Shown: one piece after another, positions 35,340-45,288 of the stretch
Layout: every line of letters begins with the position of its first letter
How positions within the stretch are numbered: the stretch's first letter is position 1
Translations under genes and position numbers: made by a program
IMG/VR virus record: IMGVR_UViG_3300028070_000001
Span: 1-54,435 of that record
DNA length: 54,435 nt
Source of the DNA: a virus
Taxonomy: Duplodnaviria > Caudoviricetes
Direction: 5' to 3' (one strand)
The notes under the pieces: generated by a model
The model's database searches: none
The model's input: only the letters and a program-made list of their open reading frames with translations
Told to the model about the DNA's origin: nothing

Positions 35340-35573
35340 TTATTTGTTCAAGTTCAAGTGGTTCGTTCCGTCCACCGGATCACCTGAAGAAGGGTCTTTA
35401 GCCAGCAGTCCAAGCAGAGCCGTGGCCAAACCACTTACGAGCGATACCACGGTTCCCGTGCCAGCGTGTCCTAGCGTTATGCCCTGCTGGATGAAGACAC
35501 TGGAGATGGTTACGATTGCGATAAGCAACCCGGTGACAGAGGTTTTTGGATGTTGCCAGATATTCGTAAACAT
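35340..35573 (-). CDS. Holin-like protein (2 TM)
   Basis: HPKTSVTGLL...LLGLLAKD. Confidence 0.7.
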   Translation of the reverse strand: MFTNIWQHPKTSVTGLLIAIVTISSVFIQQGITLGHAGTGTVVSLVSGLATALLGLLAKDPSSGDPVDGTNHLNLNK

Positions 35574-35765
35574 TTTCTTTCTCCTCTGAGGTATTTTACA
35601 CCAAGAAGTTTGTTCTGAGCAAGGGGCAAATCACGCTGATTCGTCGTCTTCCTCGTTCTTGTCTTCTTCCGTGTCTGTTTCAACCGGCTTGGTTGGTACT
35701 GCGCAGGGTATAATCGGCGCTGGATGATTCGGCCCAAATGGTTGCGGTTCTTCAAGCATGTGATC

Positions 35766-36182
35766 CTACTTTCTCGCCATCGCTGGCGCTTTCATGGTTG
35801 CGGTGTACTGGTTATCCGATTGGCTGGAAACACCTATCTTGGGAATGTGTATAATCCCTTGATGGAGTTGCTTGTTTGCTTGCAGTGCGGCAAGAAGCAG
35901 CATTCCGAGCGCGATAATGGTCGTGGCAATCCAATGAAACCGGGAAGATGCCTTATCCCGTAAATTCTCGCGTTCATTATACAAATCAATGAAGCCGTCA
36001 AATTTTACCTCGAACGTGTTCAGACGAGTTTTCACGCCACGCTGTCCATGGTTATACATATCCCCGTTTAGAACTTCCAGTTGTGTTGCCATAGACGCTA
36101 TTTTTTCCCCCGCGTCGATTACCTTTTCGCATGGAACTTGGCATGGAAAATCATTCGTCATCTCTGGCCCTCTCGTGCCCAT
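35766..36182 (-). CDS. Membrane protein, holin/hemolysin-like
   Basis: Coiled coil followed by a TM helix. Confidence 0.5.
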   Translation of the reverse strand: MGTRGPEMTNDFPCQVPCEKVIDAGEKIASMATQLEVLNGDMYNHGQRGVKTRLNTFEVKFDGFIDLYNERENLRDKASSRFHWIATTIIALGMLLLAALQANKQLHQGIIHIPKIGVSSQSDNQYTATMKAPAMARK

Positions 36183-36186
36183 AATT

Positions 36187-36519
36187 TTACCGCGCTTTCA
36201 ACAACCATGTCAGCAACGCCACTAAAATCAACGCAACCAAACCCGCAACATACTTTACCATGGCCCCTATCGGGTTTGCCGATGCAGCCGACAGCGCAAT
36301 CTCATTCCGCACCGCCAGAAGAAGCGCATCCGCATCGCGATCATGCCGGCTCTCGTGGTCTTTGACCCACTGCTCCAGCATTGCTACCCGCTCGTTGATC
36401 GGCCTTGGACAAATGTCGGTCATTCCGATTCCCTCTAAATCTTTGTCACCCAGGTACCAGATGCGCAGAATGTTGCGTGACCATCTTGCGAGAAAACCCA
36501 TCGACCGTTCACAGAACAA
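36187..36519 (-). CDS. Small membrane protein (likely start MTDIC near 36423)
   Basis: C-terminal TM helix. Confidence 0.5.
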   Translation of the reverse strand: MFCERSMGFLARWSRNILRIWYLGDKDLEGIGMTDICPRPINERVAMLEQWVKDHESRHDRDADALLLAVRNEIALSAASANPIGAMVKYVAGLVALILVALLTWLLKAR

Positions 36520-39500
36520 GAACCGCTGGGTGCCGTTGCCGGGCCTATAATCGCGTTACTGCCTATAGTTCCGCTCATATCTCCCGGCGCTGAGCCATTA
36601 CCAAAATCAACTTCTCCGGCATTCGTCTGACTCCGCGTCATGCAGGTGTCGGGTCTGATATTTTCCGGGTCATCGGGTCTTGAATCAAAGCACCAGCCAC
36701 CGCCGAGAGGAGCGGCATTCATATTGATTCCGTTGGTCGTCCCGTCCGATCCTCCATAGTTATAAAAACCAATAAATATCCCCCCATAGGTATCAGTTCC
36801 ATCGTATCCACTTCCGGCAACGTAGATTTTAGGCAACACGTTGGACGTTAGAATGATGTAGTCATTATATCCATCATTGTAATCTCTTACAACTAGACCC
36901 TGTTGGGTTGAAACATTGAAAGCGTTATTGCCCGTAAATACGTTAGAACCTGTAAAGACGTTTGCACCTGCCAGTGCCGCGCAGTCTGTTAAAACGTTGC
37001 AGTTTGAAAGTGTGAAACCAGAAGTCCCAGCCGCTTCCAGAGCCGCATTCCATGCTTGACTTGCTAAAGAAATCTGCTGCGTTGAAGGAGGATTGCCAAA
37101 AGAACCAAAAACTCTCATATCCGCGCCAGCGTAATCCCAATACTGGCCAGAGGCTGCATTGCTTGCGTTCTTCCCTTGGGCAATGAGCCAAGTGTTTAGG
37201 TCTGCTGTTGTGGTAGCGTTTGCCTGCTGTGGAATCAGATTTTGCACGACATAAGCACCCGCCGCGTGTGCCTGGGACCAGAAGGATTGAAAACTTGCTT
37301 CTATAACGGATTCGGTTGCGCCTACTGCAATGTCGTTTGTTCCGGCGCTCTCTTCCAGAAGATACAGTGGCTTGCCCGTGACCGAAGGAAGCAAGTCACC
37401 ATACATTGCACTGAAGTTGGTTGCCTGTTCTCTTACTAATCCTGTTATTCCTCCGTAGATTGAAGCAGAATCGACTCCATTTCTCAAATACCATGCATTT
37501 ACGTTTTTGAAGGCCGGTCCCGCTGCTGTCTGAACAGACATGAAGTAACTGGCATCCTCAACTGTTCCGCCCGTGCCGCTCGTGGATATGCAGCCATTCG
37601 TCTGAACCTCAAACTGAGTAGAACTCAGACCTGCGGAAAGAACCTGATAGATGCGATTTCCAGTACCGTAATACCCTTCACTGTTGAGCGTCCCAATGCA
37701 CGCAGGGCTGATTCCCGACGTTCCTAGAAACACCCACTGGCCAGCCGCATACGATTGACTGTCAACTACCGTGCAAATACCGGTTGAGTTACAATTTATC
37801 GCTGTTGCGGTTGTCGTTGCACCCAGAGTGTTACCTGAATCGTCAATCATCAAAGAATCGCCAGTGAATATCACATTCGCTCCCGACAGTAGTCCTCCTC
37901 CTCCGCCTCCTCCAGAAACACTGATTGTGACATTTCCGGTACCACCAGATGGTGACAGTGTGACGTTGCTCGTTCCGGCGATGAGTTGCGTTACGCTTCC
38001 GCCAGAGCCGCCGCACCCCGCGCCGGTGTTGCTGATGACACCCGCCGTGTTGATTTGCAAGCATGAACTACCAGACGTTGACGCCGCTCCGGAATCTTGA
38101 AGCGAACCGGCCTGAACTGATCCGGCAGAGATAGCTCCAGACACGTTCAAACTTGCAAGCGTACCTAGTTGCGGAGTATACGCGCTCCAGGTGCTTCCAT
38201 TGCTGTAGCACTGGACGTAATTGGTTCCCCCACCCGTTGTGCAATCAGTAGAGGTAGCCCCGTTCGTAATCGGAACAATCCAGCCTGTGCTAGCGCTGGC
38301 TAACGGTAGTGAAATAATCTCCGTTGGTACCAGCGCTGTTCCGGGGAATTCCGCAGCCGGGTCAATGCTCATTGTGTTAGCAGAAGAGTTATACGTGAGA
38401 GGACTAACCACTTGGATTCCAGTGTTTTCCGTGACAGGCGTTCCGGTGTAGTAGACTATCCATCCCACCAGATCATCGGCAATGGACGATGGACCTGAAT
38501 CTGGAACAGAGGTGGCAGCAGACATGGAAATAGTCTGCGACGACAACATACTTCCAGTGACAGACGAAAGAAGCTGGTTCGTCTGAGTGGGGGACCAATA
38601 TGATCCGCCAGAAGGAACAAGACTTCCTGACGCTCCGCTCGCGGTGGTACTAAATGCCATATCTCCTATGCCGACAGGTTGGCCGAAACACCTCATATAA
38701 TCAGAAATAGTACCATAACTGCTTTGTGTAATCGCAAACGCATAAATAGCGGTCACGCTTGATGGATCAATAGAACTCGGAAGTTGAGGGTTTGACCACG
38801 TTGCGCTTCCGCCTCGGCCACCCAGGCAATAATAATCGGTTCCGACAACGGCGCTGACCACGTCAAACGAACCATACGCTGGAGTTGGAGCAGACCCTGT
38901 CACGGCTGTCGGATAGACGATCACATATTGCCCGGAAGTTGGAGGAACCACCTGTTGCATCAAAACGCTGCTGCTTCCGGTGGCGATGGTGCAACTCCCA
39001 CCCAGCACGCAACTCGTGTCGTTGATAGTGATTACGTCCGGCACTTCCACGCTGACCTGTTGGCCACCGCCCGTCGTCGCCGTTGCAACAAAGCTATAGG
39101 AACCGTATGGGATCGTCGGCGAAGTTACCGCTACGTCGCTTGTGTAGCCTGTGCCGCCGTTGGTGACTGTCGTGGTGATCGAACTGAATGAGTAAACAGT
39201 GCTTGTCGCATAAGTTGCCGTTGCCGTTGCTTGGCCTGCATATGGGCCAGAGGGAGGTGCATCAATCGTAACCGTGGGCGCACTTGTGTAGCCTGAACCG
39301 CCATTGGTCACGGTGATGCTTGCCAGTGATCCTCTGCTGCCGATGTCATACACCGCTACAGCGGTAGCGCCGCTTCCGCCACCACCTGTAATTGTGACAT
39401 TTGGGAGCGAACCGCTGCTATAGCCGCCACCGTTGTTCGTCAGTGTGATCTGCGATATGCTTCCAGGGGCGATGCTTGATGTTGCGATGGTCGCGATTCC

Positions 39501-40097
39501 AGCAGCGCCGCTTCCGCCACTTTCAGTAAACACCAACGGATAATTTCCTGCCCATGCCGTGGATTGGACACCGGGAGGTATTTCGACCGTAGCGGTTACA
39601 CTGCTAATCGTACCGGAAGACAAAAACCGAAATCTACCGTTGACATATCCAGAATCGGCTGCTGGCGTTGTGCCGTTGAAGTTTGGAGATAGCAAGACGG
39701 TTCCGTTGACGCTGACGGTGCTTCCCATACCACTAAAGCTGCTGCCTGCAAAAATGTCTGTCAACGTCACTGGCGCTAGATAGACATTCGGAGAAATTCC
39801 TCCGCTTAAAACTACATCGTATCCTTGGTTCACTGCCGCATAAATCGGGGGGATAGAGCCGTCCTTATTCGCCCTGAACGGACTCTGTGGCGTCGTAGTG
39901 GCAATAGTGGTCGTGCCTGTTAAGTATATGCTCACAGAGCAATAAGGAATGATTCCTTGCATATAATTCGATGAGGAAAGACCTGAAGTTTTCGCTTGAA
40001 CTCCATTTTGCACACATGAATACACAGGCAATACCGCCGTCTGAGCGAATGTCTTAACCGAAAATAGAAGCATCAAACCAACGATTATTTTTTTCAT
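36435..40097 (-). CDS. Tail fibre/spike with SGNH-hydrolase-like domain
   Basis: 1220 aa; GSGYT repeats; VIFTGDSL and GTNDI SGNH blocks. Confidence 0.65.
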   Translation of the reverse strand: MKKIIVGLMLLFSVKTFAQTAVLPVYSCVQNGVQAKTSGLSSSNYMQGIIPYCSVSIYLTGTTTIATTTPQSPFRANKDGSIPPIYAAVNQGYDVVLSGGISPNVYLAPVTLTDIFAGSSFSGMGSTVSVNGTVLLSPNFNGTTPAADSGYVNGRFRFLSSGTISSVTATVEIPPGVQSTAWAGNYPLVFTESGGSGAAGIATIATSSIAPGSISQITLTNNGGGYSSGSLPNVTITGGGGSGATAVAVYDIGSRGSLASITVTNGGSGYTSAPTVTIDAPPSGPYAGQATATATYATSTVYSFSSITTTVTNGGTGYTSDVAVTSPTIPYGSYSFVATATTGGGQQVSVEVPDVITINDTSCVLGGSCTIATGSSSVLMQQVVPPTSGQYVIVYPTAVTGSAPTPAYGSFDVVSAVVGTDYYCLGGRGGSATWSNPQLPSSIDPSSVTAIYAFAITQSSYGTISDYMRCFGQPVGIGDMAFSTTASGASGSLVPSGGSYWSPTQTNQLLSSVTGSMLSSQTISMSAATSVPDSGPSSIADDLVGWIVYYTGTPVTENTGIQVVSPLTYNSSANTMSIDPAAEFPGTALVPTEIISLPLASASTGWIVPITNGATSTDCTTGGGTNYVQCYSNGSTWSAYTPQLGTLASLNVSGAISAGSVQAGSLQDSGAASTSGSSCLQINTAGVISNTGAGCGGSGGSVTQLIAGTSNVTLSPSGGTGNVTISVSGGGGGGGLLSGANVIFTGDSLMIDDSGNTLGATTTATAINCNSTGICTVVDSQSYAAGQWVFLGTSGISPACIGTLNSEGYYGTGNRIYQVLSAGLSSTQFEVQTNGCISTSGTGGTVEDASYFMSVQTAAGPAFKNVNAWYLRNGVDSASIYGGITGLVREQATNFSAMYGDLLPSVTGKPLYLLEESAGTNDIAVGATESVIEASFQSFWSQAHAAGAYVVQNLIPQQANATTTADLNTWLIAQGKNASNAASGQYWDYAGADMRVFGSFGNPPSTQQISLASQAWNAALEAAGTSGFTLSNCNVLTDCAALAGANVFTGSNVFTGNNAFNVSTQQGLVVRDYNDGYNDYIILTSNVLPKIYVAGSGYDGTDTYGGIFIGFYNYGGSDGTTNGINMNAAPLGGGWCFDSRPDDPENIRPDTCMTRSQTNAGEVDFGNGSAPGDMSGTIGSNAIIGPATAPSGSCSVNGRWVFSQDGHATFCASGTWVTKI

Positions 40098-40123
40098 GTT
40101 TTCCTTATTTTTCTTGCAAATTA

Positions 40124-42343
40124 TTAGTGAACTCTCCGCGCCGTAATACTTCCGTAGGCCGTGACCGTTCCCGCCGTGAATGTCGCTTCAGTCACCAGAT
40201 AAACCGTTGTCCCTGCGGACACATTGATGATCTTGCGCGGAATCACAAGGCTCGTCTTGAAGGATGTTGTTGCAATCACCGCAGGCGTCGCGTAAAACAC
40301 CTCTGTGCCGTCGGTGGGAAGTGTAGCAGTGGTGGTATTGATACCGCTCTCCCAAACTGCCGATACGGCGATGCTTGCCGTAGAAGCCACGTAATCGACA
40401 GAGCCTGAAACATCCCAATCACCCGCCGTCAAAGCAACCGAAGTCACATTGGCTGGCGTTCCGGTGGTCAGAGAGACAGCCGATCCTGAAGGAATCAGCG
40501 AAGACAGTGGCTGTCCAATATAGCCCGCGCCCGCCGCAACTCCGTCAATTTCCCCCGCGATGTTCACCTTGGAACCGCTGACAGTGTTTCCGATGCCAAC
40601 TGTTTTGACCCCGGTGGCCGTCGTGGCAATGGTAACGGCCTCAGCGCCTGTGCCAGGAGCAATCGCGATTGTGCCCGTCTGTGCTCCGGTGCCACCGATA
40701 CTGATTGTTCCGGTGGTCATCGCGGCCCCGATAGACACCGAACCGCCAACCTGCGCGTTGGCAATCTGAAGGGTCGTTATGCCAGTACCGCCTGCGATGA
40801 TTTCCGTATTCGTTCCGCTGCTGGAGCCGAGCGTCATGGTCCCGGTCTCGGCCGTGCCGCCGATAGCGATAGCGCCCGTAGTGTTGGCGGCAGCAATCGT
40901 CACGGGAGAGGCACCTACGGTAGTAAGCGTATATCCGAGAGTCCCAACCTGCTCTGTGATCCTCGTTGCCCCGGTTGTGTTGCCTATGGTCACCGACTTG
41001 GCGTATGCCCCGGTTCCAAAATTGGCTGAACCAGTTGTGCCACTGTCAACAGTGAGTGCGGTTGTCGAGGGAGAGGTGATAGGCCCCATAAACATTGTTG
41101 GTCCTTGATAACCAGGGACCAGCGTGCAATAGGACGAGATCGGCGCAAGGTTGAATCCGTAAATTACATAGGTCGTCGTACCATTCGCGCAGGAGATACC
41201 GGTTCCCGTTCCAGCAATCAGGCCGCTGATTGCGTGGGCTGTTGCCAGGGTATTCGCGGTCGGAAGATTGATGTTTGCTGTCCCAGCCACAGTGCTGAGC
41301 AGTCCACCATTCAGTAGAAGCTGACCGCCGTTCGTCATATCAATGTTGTAGCCGGAGCTTTTTGTCATGTTCGGGTTGTAGAGCGCAATGAGTGCGCCCG
41401 ATCCGCCTGATGCAATGGTCTGGCTACCAGTGATTGCTTCCCCGTAAAGCAAAGCGGAAGTTGAAACGCCCCCAACTGTAAAGATATTGCTGTTGCCGCT
41501 CAGATTCGTTCCAAAAGCATGAAGATACCCCTGAGTTACGTTCACATTCCCAAGGAATGCCCCGCCATGTTTCTCGCTGCGGTCCGTACTGGCATAGTTG
41601 TACGTCACAGCCGCGCCATCGATCAGATCATAGGAGATGATCTTTGCCGATATTGTAAGACCTCCGGTCGGGGTCCACGTCGAATTATTGCCGTAGATTG
41701 TAAGAGGAAGCGCAGGCAGAGTTACCGCGCTGGGTGCCGTATAAGACGCGTTCGGGCTTGAAAATACCGACACTAGGCCGGAACTTGGGAATCCCGCAAC
41801 CAGAGTTGGAAGTGTCTTGTATGGACGCTCGATTGTGCCGTCCGCTGTATAAGTGTCCGTGCGGTTGCCATCCAACGTAAGCATGGCTGTATCGGTTGCC
41901 GGGTAAACAAAAGAGGTCGTGCTGGAGGCTGAGTTGTACGGCTGTCCTGCGCCAGATGCAAATCCACCAGAAAGATTATTAGCTGTTCCCGCACTTCCTC
42001 CAAATGATGTCCAAGTATTCGTAGCGGAGCAATAATATGGGGTAGAGTTGGACGTGTTGAAATACGTTTGTCCCGTTGAGCACGTTATAGGGGCAGTCGC
42101 GTAGTTTCCCATTGAAGTCTGGGGGTTCCCATTTGCATCACATTGCAAAGGCGTAGACTGGCCTAAACTGTTCATCCCATACGCTTGAACTCCCGGATAA
42201 TTAGTAGGGGCAGGAATCCCAGCTTGCAAAAGAGGAATTATATACCCCGATGGATTCACGCAATAAAGAGTGGCAGAGAAGGACGGTTGCCCATGAACCA
42301 TCATCGGAATCAACAACATCGACAATAGAATAAACTTCTTCAC
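40124..42343 (-). CDS. Tail fibre / beta-helical virion protein
   Basis: ADGTIERPYKTL motif and Gly/Thr/Ile repeats. Confidence 0.6.
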   Translation of the reverse strand: MKKFILLSMLLIPMMVHGQPSFSATLYCVNPSGYIIPLLQAGIPAPTNYPGVQAYGMNSLGQSTPLQCDANGNPQTSMGNYATAPITCSTGQTYFNTSNSTPYYCSATNTWTSFGGSAGTANNLSGGFASGAGQPYNSASSTTSFVYPATDTAMLTLDGNRTDTYTADGTIERPYKTLPTLVAGFPSSGLVSVFSSPNASYTAPSAVTLPALPLTIYGNNSTWTPTGGLTISAKIISYDLIDGAAVTYNYASTDRSEKHGGAFLGNVNVTQGYLHAFGTNLSGNSNIFTVGGVSTSALLYGEAITGSQTIASGGSGALIALYNPNMTKSSGYNIDMTNGGQLLLNGGLLSTVAGTANINLPTANTLATAHAISGLIAGTGTGISCANGTTTYVIYGFNLAPISSYCTLVPGYQGPTMFMGPITSPSTTALTVDSGTTGSANFGTGAYAKSVTIGNTTGATRITEQVGTLGYTLTTVGASPVTIAAANTTGAIAIGGTAETGTMTLGSSSGTNTEIIAGGTGITTLQIANAQVGGSVSIGAAMTTGTISIGGTGAQTGTIAIAPGTGAEAVTIATTATGVKTVGIGNTVSGSKVNIAGEIDGVAAGAGYIGQPLSSLIPSGSAVSLTTGTPANVTSVALTAGDWDVSGSVDYVASTASIAVSAVWESGINTTTATLPTDGTEVFYATPAVIATTSFKTSLVIPRKIINVSAGTTVYLVTEATFTAGTVTAYGSITARRVH

Positions 42344-42354
42344 GGGCTTCCTCC

Positions 42355-42732
42355 TTACTTTGTCACAATGAGTGTAGTGTTTACTGCGTTTGTCAACGTC
42401 TTGATATATCCAGCAACATACTTAGGCCATATATTGCTTGGCATATCCCAACGTCCTACGTTAGAACTGTTTACCGTTGTGATAGTTCCGATCTGTATGT
42501 AGCTACCTGCCGTATCTGTGTTCGCCGCCATCAAGTCTATCTCGAACGCTCCCGGTGCGCCTGAGAAAGATACCTCAAACGACAATCCCCACGGATAGAA
42601 CGAACGGTTAATACGCTCAAGAAGGAAGCCAATACTCAATGTTGACACAGGAACGCTTTCTCCTGCCCATAGAATACCTTGCGTGTTGTCCCTGAGCAGT
42701 TTTGCCTGTCCATTCGTTGCGTAGTTCGGCAT
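42355..42732 (-). CDS. Small virion structural protein
   Basis: RBS AAGGAGG; beta-rich; synteny. Confidence 0.55.
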   Translation of the reverse strand: MPNYATNGQAKLLRDNTQGILWAGESVPVSTLSIGFLLERINRSFYPWGLSFEVSFSGAPGAFEIDLMAANTDTAGSYIQIGTITTVNSSNVGRWDMPSNIWPKYVAGYIKTLTNAVNTTLIVTK

Positions 42733-42763
42733 AACCTATGCCTCCTTCGATTCCTTCTGCTAC

Positions 42764-43999
42764 TTAATACCACCCAATATTCGTCTGTCCACCCGGACTG
42801 GAAAAAGGTTCTCCTCCAAACGGCGGTAGCTGACGAGACTTGGCGAAATACAAACTTACAAGGTTACTGTCCATAATCCTTGCCTGTCTCAACAAGTCTT
42901 TGTATTCCTCATGCGCTGCCTTACTTAAGAACTGCCAGTTAGCACCTGAACCGCGCTCAAGATTATCACCCTTGCTTCCTTCTTTCCATTGGCAAAGTAT
43001 TTCCCTTGCTCTCCACTTAACGATTTCATCGTTTAAGGGATAAGGAATTGTGTCTGTGTTATTAACCAGTGGAGGATAATTACACAAGCAACCAAACGAG
43101 TAGGTCAAAACAGAAATTGGAGAAGGCCATAGTTCTACGAGTAGTTGACCTGCCGTGGCACTTCCCGGCCTCTGATCCTGACCATAGGTACAAACATAGT
43201 AAGGTTGGTCAAATATAGTCCTTTCAGGATCATCGTTTGATAAGTCTACTTCCGTTTTAGTCCACCAATCCATACCACAGTTATTCTGTACGTCGCTTAT
43301 ATAAAACCACTTCTTAAAACCAGCGGGGGCGGGATACAGGCTTTGGTAAATCATGTAGTTTGAAGACTGTGCTGGAGGGGCGGTCCAAGGTCTATCAATC
43401 GTCAATGTCGCAATTAAAGTAACTGCGAACGTGGCAGGGGTTCCACCCTCTGAAAATGTAATGTACGGAGTCGTGTAGTTACTTCCTGCCGTCAATAATA
43501 ACGGAGCTTTTGTCACTATTCCGTTATCATCTACAGTGATTGATACGGTTCCACCATAACCCATATCAGGATCGAGAACGGGGACGGTGTATGTGCCGGG
43601 AGTCTGTGAAGAGCCAGCGGTAGAGACTGTAGCGTAGCCCACAGTTCCGTTGTTTCCTACCGCAACTATGGAATACACGTCATAGTAGGGAACGCGAATC
43701 TGCTGCTGTGTCAGAAGCGGAGGGTAAGGGACGTTAGCCGTCCATGCAGCCGTTGCAACCGCATCGCCAGTGATTGTGGTTGTGAATGGTACTACTGTGA
43801 TTGTTCCGGGGCTTAGAAATGCAGTGTTGGGTCCACCTAACAAACTAGGAGTTAACCAACCTCCAGTCTTTAGCTGGAAAGACCACGTATTTTCATCTTG
43901 TATTTTCCTGAAGGCATCGTTTATACTTGTTTTGACAAGACCGTAGTTACTTCCTGGTATTGTTCCGAGAAGTGACTGAATCATTGTCCCCAAGCTCAT
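42764..43999 (-). CDS. Head completion / adaptor protein
   Basis: INDAFRKIQDENTWSF...VELWPSP adaptor-like pattern. Confidence 0.55.
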   Translation of the reverse strand: MSLGTMIQSLLGTIPGSNYGLVKTSINDAFRKIQDENTWSFQLKTGGWLTPSLLGGPNTAFLSPGTITVVPFTTTITGDAVATAAWTANVPYPPLLTQQQIRVPYYDVYSIVAVGNNGTVGYATVSTAGSSQTPGTYTVPVLDPDMGYGGTVSITVDDNGIVTKAPLLLTAGSNYTTPYITFSEGGTPATFAVTLIATLTIDRPWTAPPAQSSNYMIYQSLYPAPAGFKKWFYISDVQNNCGMDWWTKTEVDLSNDDPERTIFDQPYYVCTYGQDQRPGSATAGQLLVELWPSPISVLTYSFGCLCNYPPLVNNTDTIPYPLNDEIVKWRAREILCQWKEGSKGDNLERGSGANWQFLSKAAHEEYKDLLRQARIMDSNLVSLYFAKSRQLPPFGGEPFSSPGGQTNIGWY

Positions 44000-44051
44000 A
44001 ATTGCTGCTCCTGTTCCTACCGCTACCGCTTAACCCGAAGTCCCGCTATCG

Positions 44052-44180
44052 TCAGCAGGACTTCTTAGCCATTGCCTTTACGCTGCGTCCCTTGCGCTTG
44101 CTCTGCTTGTGCAAAATTCCTACCGGCTTCGCAGATGGCGCGATTGTTTTAACACTCACTTTGCTCGTTTTCTTCGTCAT
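44052..44180 (-). CDS. Small basic protein, 42 aa
   Basis: Translated by hand (MTKKTSK...MAKKSC); RBS AGGAGAG. Confidence 0.6.
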   Translation of the reverse strand: MTKKTSKVSVKTIAPSAKPVGILHKQSKRKGRSVKAMAKKSC

Positions 44181-44190
44181 CGATTCTCTC

Positions 44191-44370
44191 CTACTTCTTG
44201 ACCGCAACCTTTTTGCCCACGTTCGCTTTCTTGGACTTGTGTTTCAGTCCCGCCTTGAGGTTATGTGTCGTCGCTTTGGTCAACACGATTTCCTTCTTGG
44301 CTGAGGAATGCTTGTGGATGTTGTGCTTCGCTTTGAGTGCCTTGTGAATTCCAGTAGACTTCGGCAACAT
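44191..44370 (-). CDS. Small basic Lys/His-rich protein, 59 aa
   Basis: Translated by hand (MLPKSTG...GKKVAVKK); RBS AAGGAG. Confidence 0.65.
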   Translation of the reverse strand: MLPKSTGIHKALKAKHNIHKHSSAKKEIVLTKATTHNLKAGLKHKSKKANVGKKVAVKK

Positions 44371-44381
44371 GATGTTTCTCC

Positions 44382-44585
44382 TTATTTTTTTACTGCGTAC
44401 TTCTTTGCAAAACCCTTTTTCTTTGCCTTTGCCTTCGACGAAGGATGGCCCTTAACCGATGAGACTACAAGATTCTTTTCTTCCGCCCGCCACTTCTTTC
44501 GCGTCTTCTTGTCAACGGCAGGATTATCGGAGAAATGTGCATCATCTCCGTCTTCCATCCAGTTCGATTTTTGCTTCTTCGGCAT
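44382..44585 (-). CDS. Small basic protein
   Basis: Ends AKKYAVKK; RBS AGGAG. Confidence 0.7.
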   Translation of the reverse strand: MPKKQKSNWMEDGDDAHFSDNPAVDKKTRKKWRAEEKNLVVSSVKGHPSSKAKAKKKGFAKKYAVKK

Positions 44586-44673
44586 TCTATCTCCTAAATT
44601 AAAGGCGGCTTAGCAGATCACTCCACTTAAACCGCCTTTGTGTCTCCGGGGAGAAGACTTCGTGAAAACTCGT

Positions 44674-45231
44674 TTAGCTCTGAACACCATACCCTGCGAT
44701 TTGAATACTCTCTGCCGACAAGTTAGCTCCTGCCGGTACAGCGCCATTGATCGTAGAAAGCGTAGCCGTCAGTGTAGCTGGAGTTCCGCCTGTTCCGGTC
44801 AGCGTAAATGTTGGCGCTGTTGTATATCCAGAACCCGGATTGATAACCGTAATTGCGCCTAATGTAGTAGCAGTTGCCACAACAACAGTAATCTGTGCCG
44901 TTCCCGTAGTCGCTGTTACGGTATACGTTCCTGCTGTCATGCCAGTACCAGCTACGTTCTGTGCGACACTCGCCACACTGCCAGCCGTAGCGTAGTTCCA
45001 TATCAGTTTCCACGCTGGGCGAGTCACTATTTGTGAAATCGAAGGAGTTACATAGTACGTACCACTTACTGTAATAGTTCCCCCAAAGATCGCGTCAATA
45101 TACGTATACGGAAGAGGAAGAGACACGGGATCGCCAGTAGTTACATAGGACGTAGGACCGTTTCCGTATCCTACCCATGCAAATTTGCGTCCGATTAAAT
45201 CTGGATAACCATGAAGCAGCGTTAAAAGCAT
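44674..45231 (-). CDS. Capsid decoration-like protein, paralog of 45289..46287
   Basis: Shared N-terminus LLxGYPDLIGR and C-terminus VPAGxNLSAE. Confidence 0.65.
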   Translation of the reverse strand: MLLTLLHGYPDLIGRKFAWVGYGNGPTSYVTTGDPVSLPLPYTYIDAIFGGTITVSGTYYVTPSISQIVTRPAWKLIWNYATAGSVASVAQNVAGTGMTAGTYTVTATTGTAQITVVVATATTLGAITVINPGSGYTTAPTFTLTGTGGTPATLTATLSTINGAVPAGANLSAESIQIAGYGVQS

Positions 45232-45288
45232 TGTCTCTCCTTATTTCTTAACCACCAAAACTTGATTGAATCACAAATCAAAAACTCG

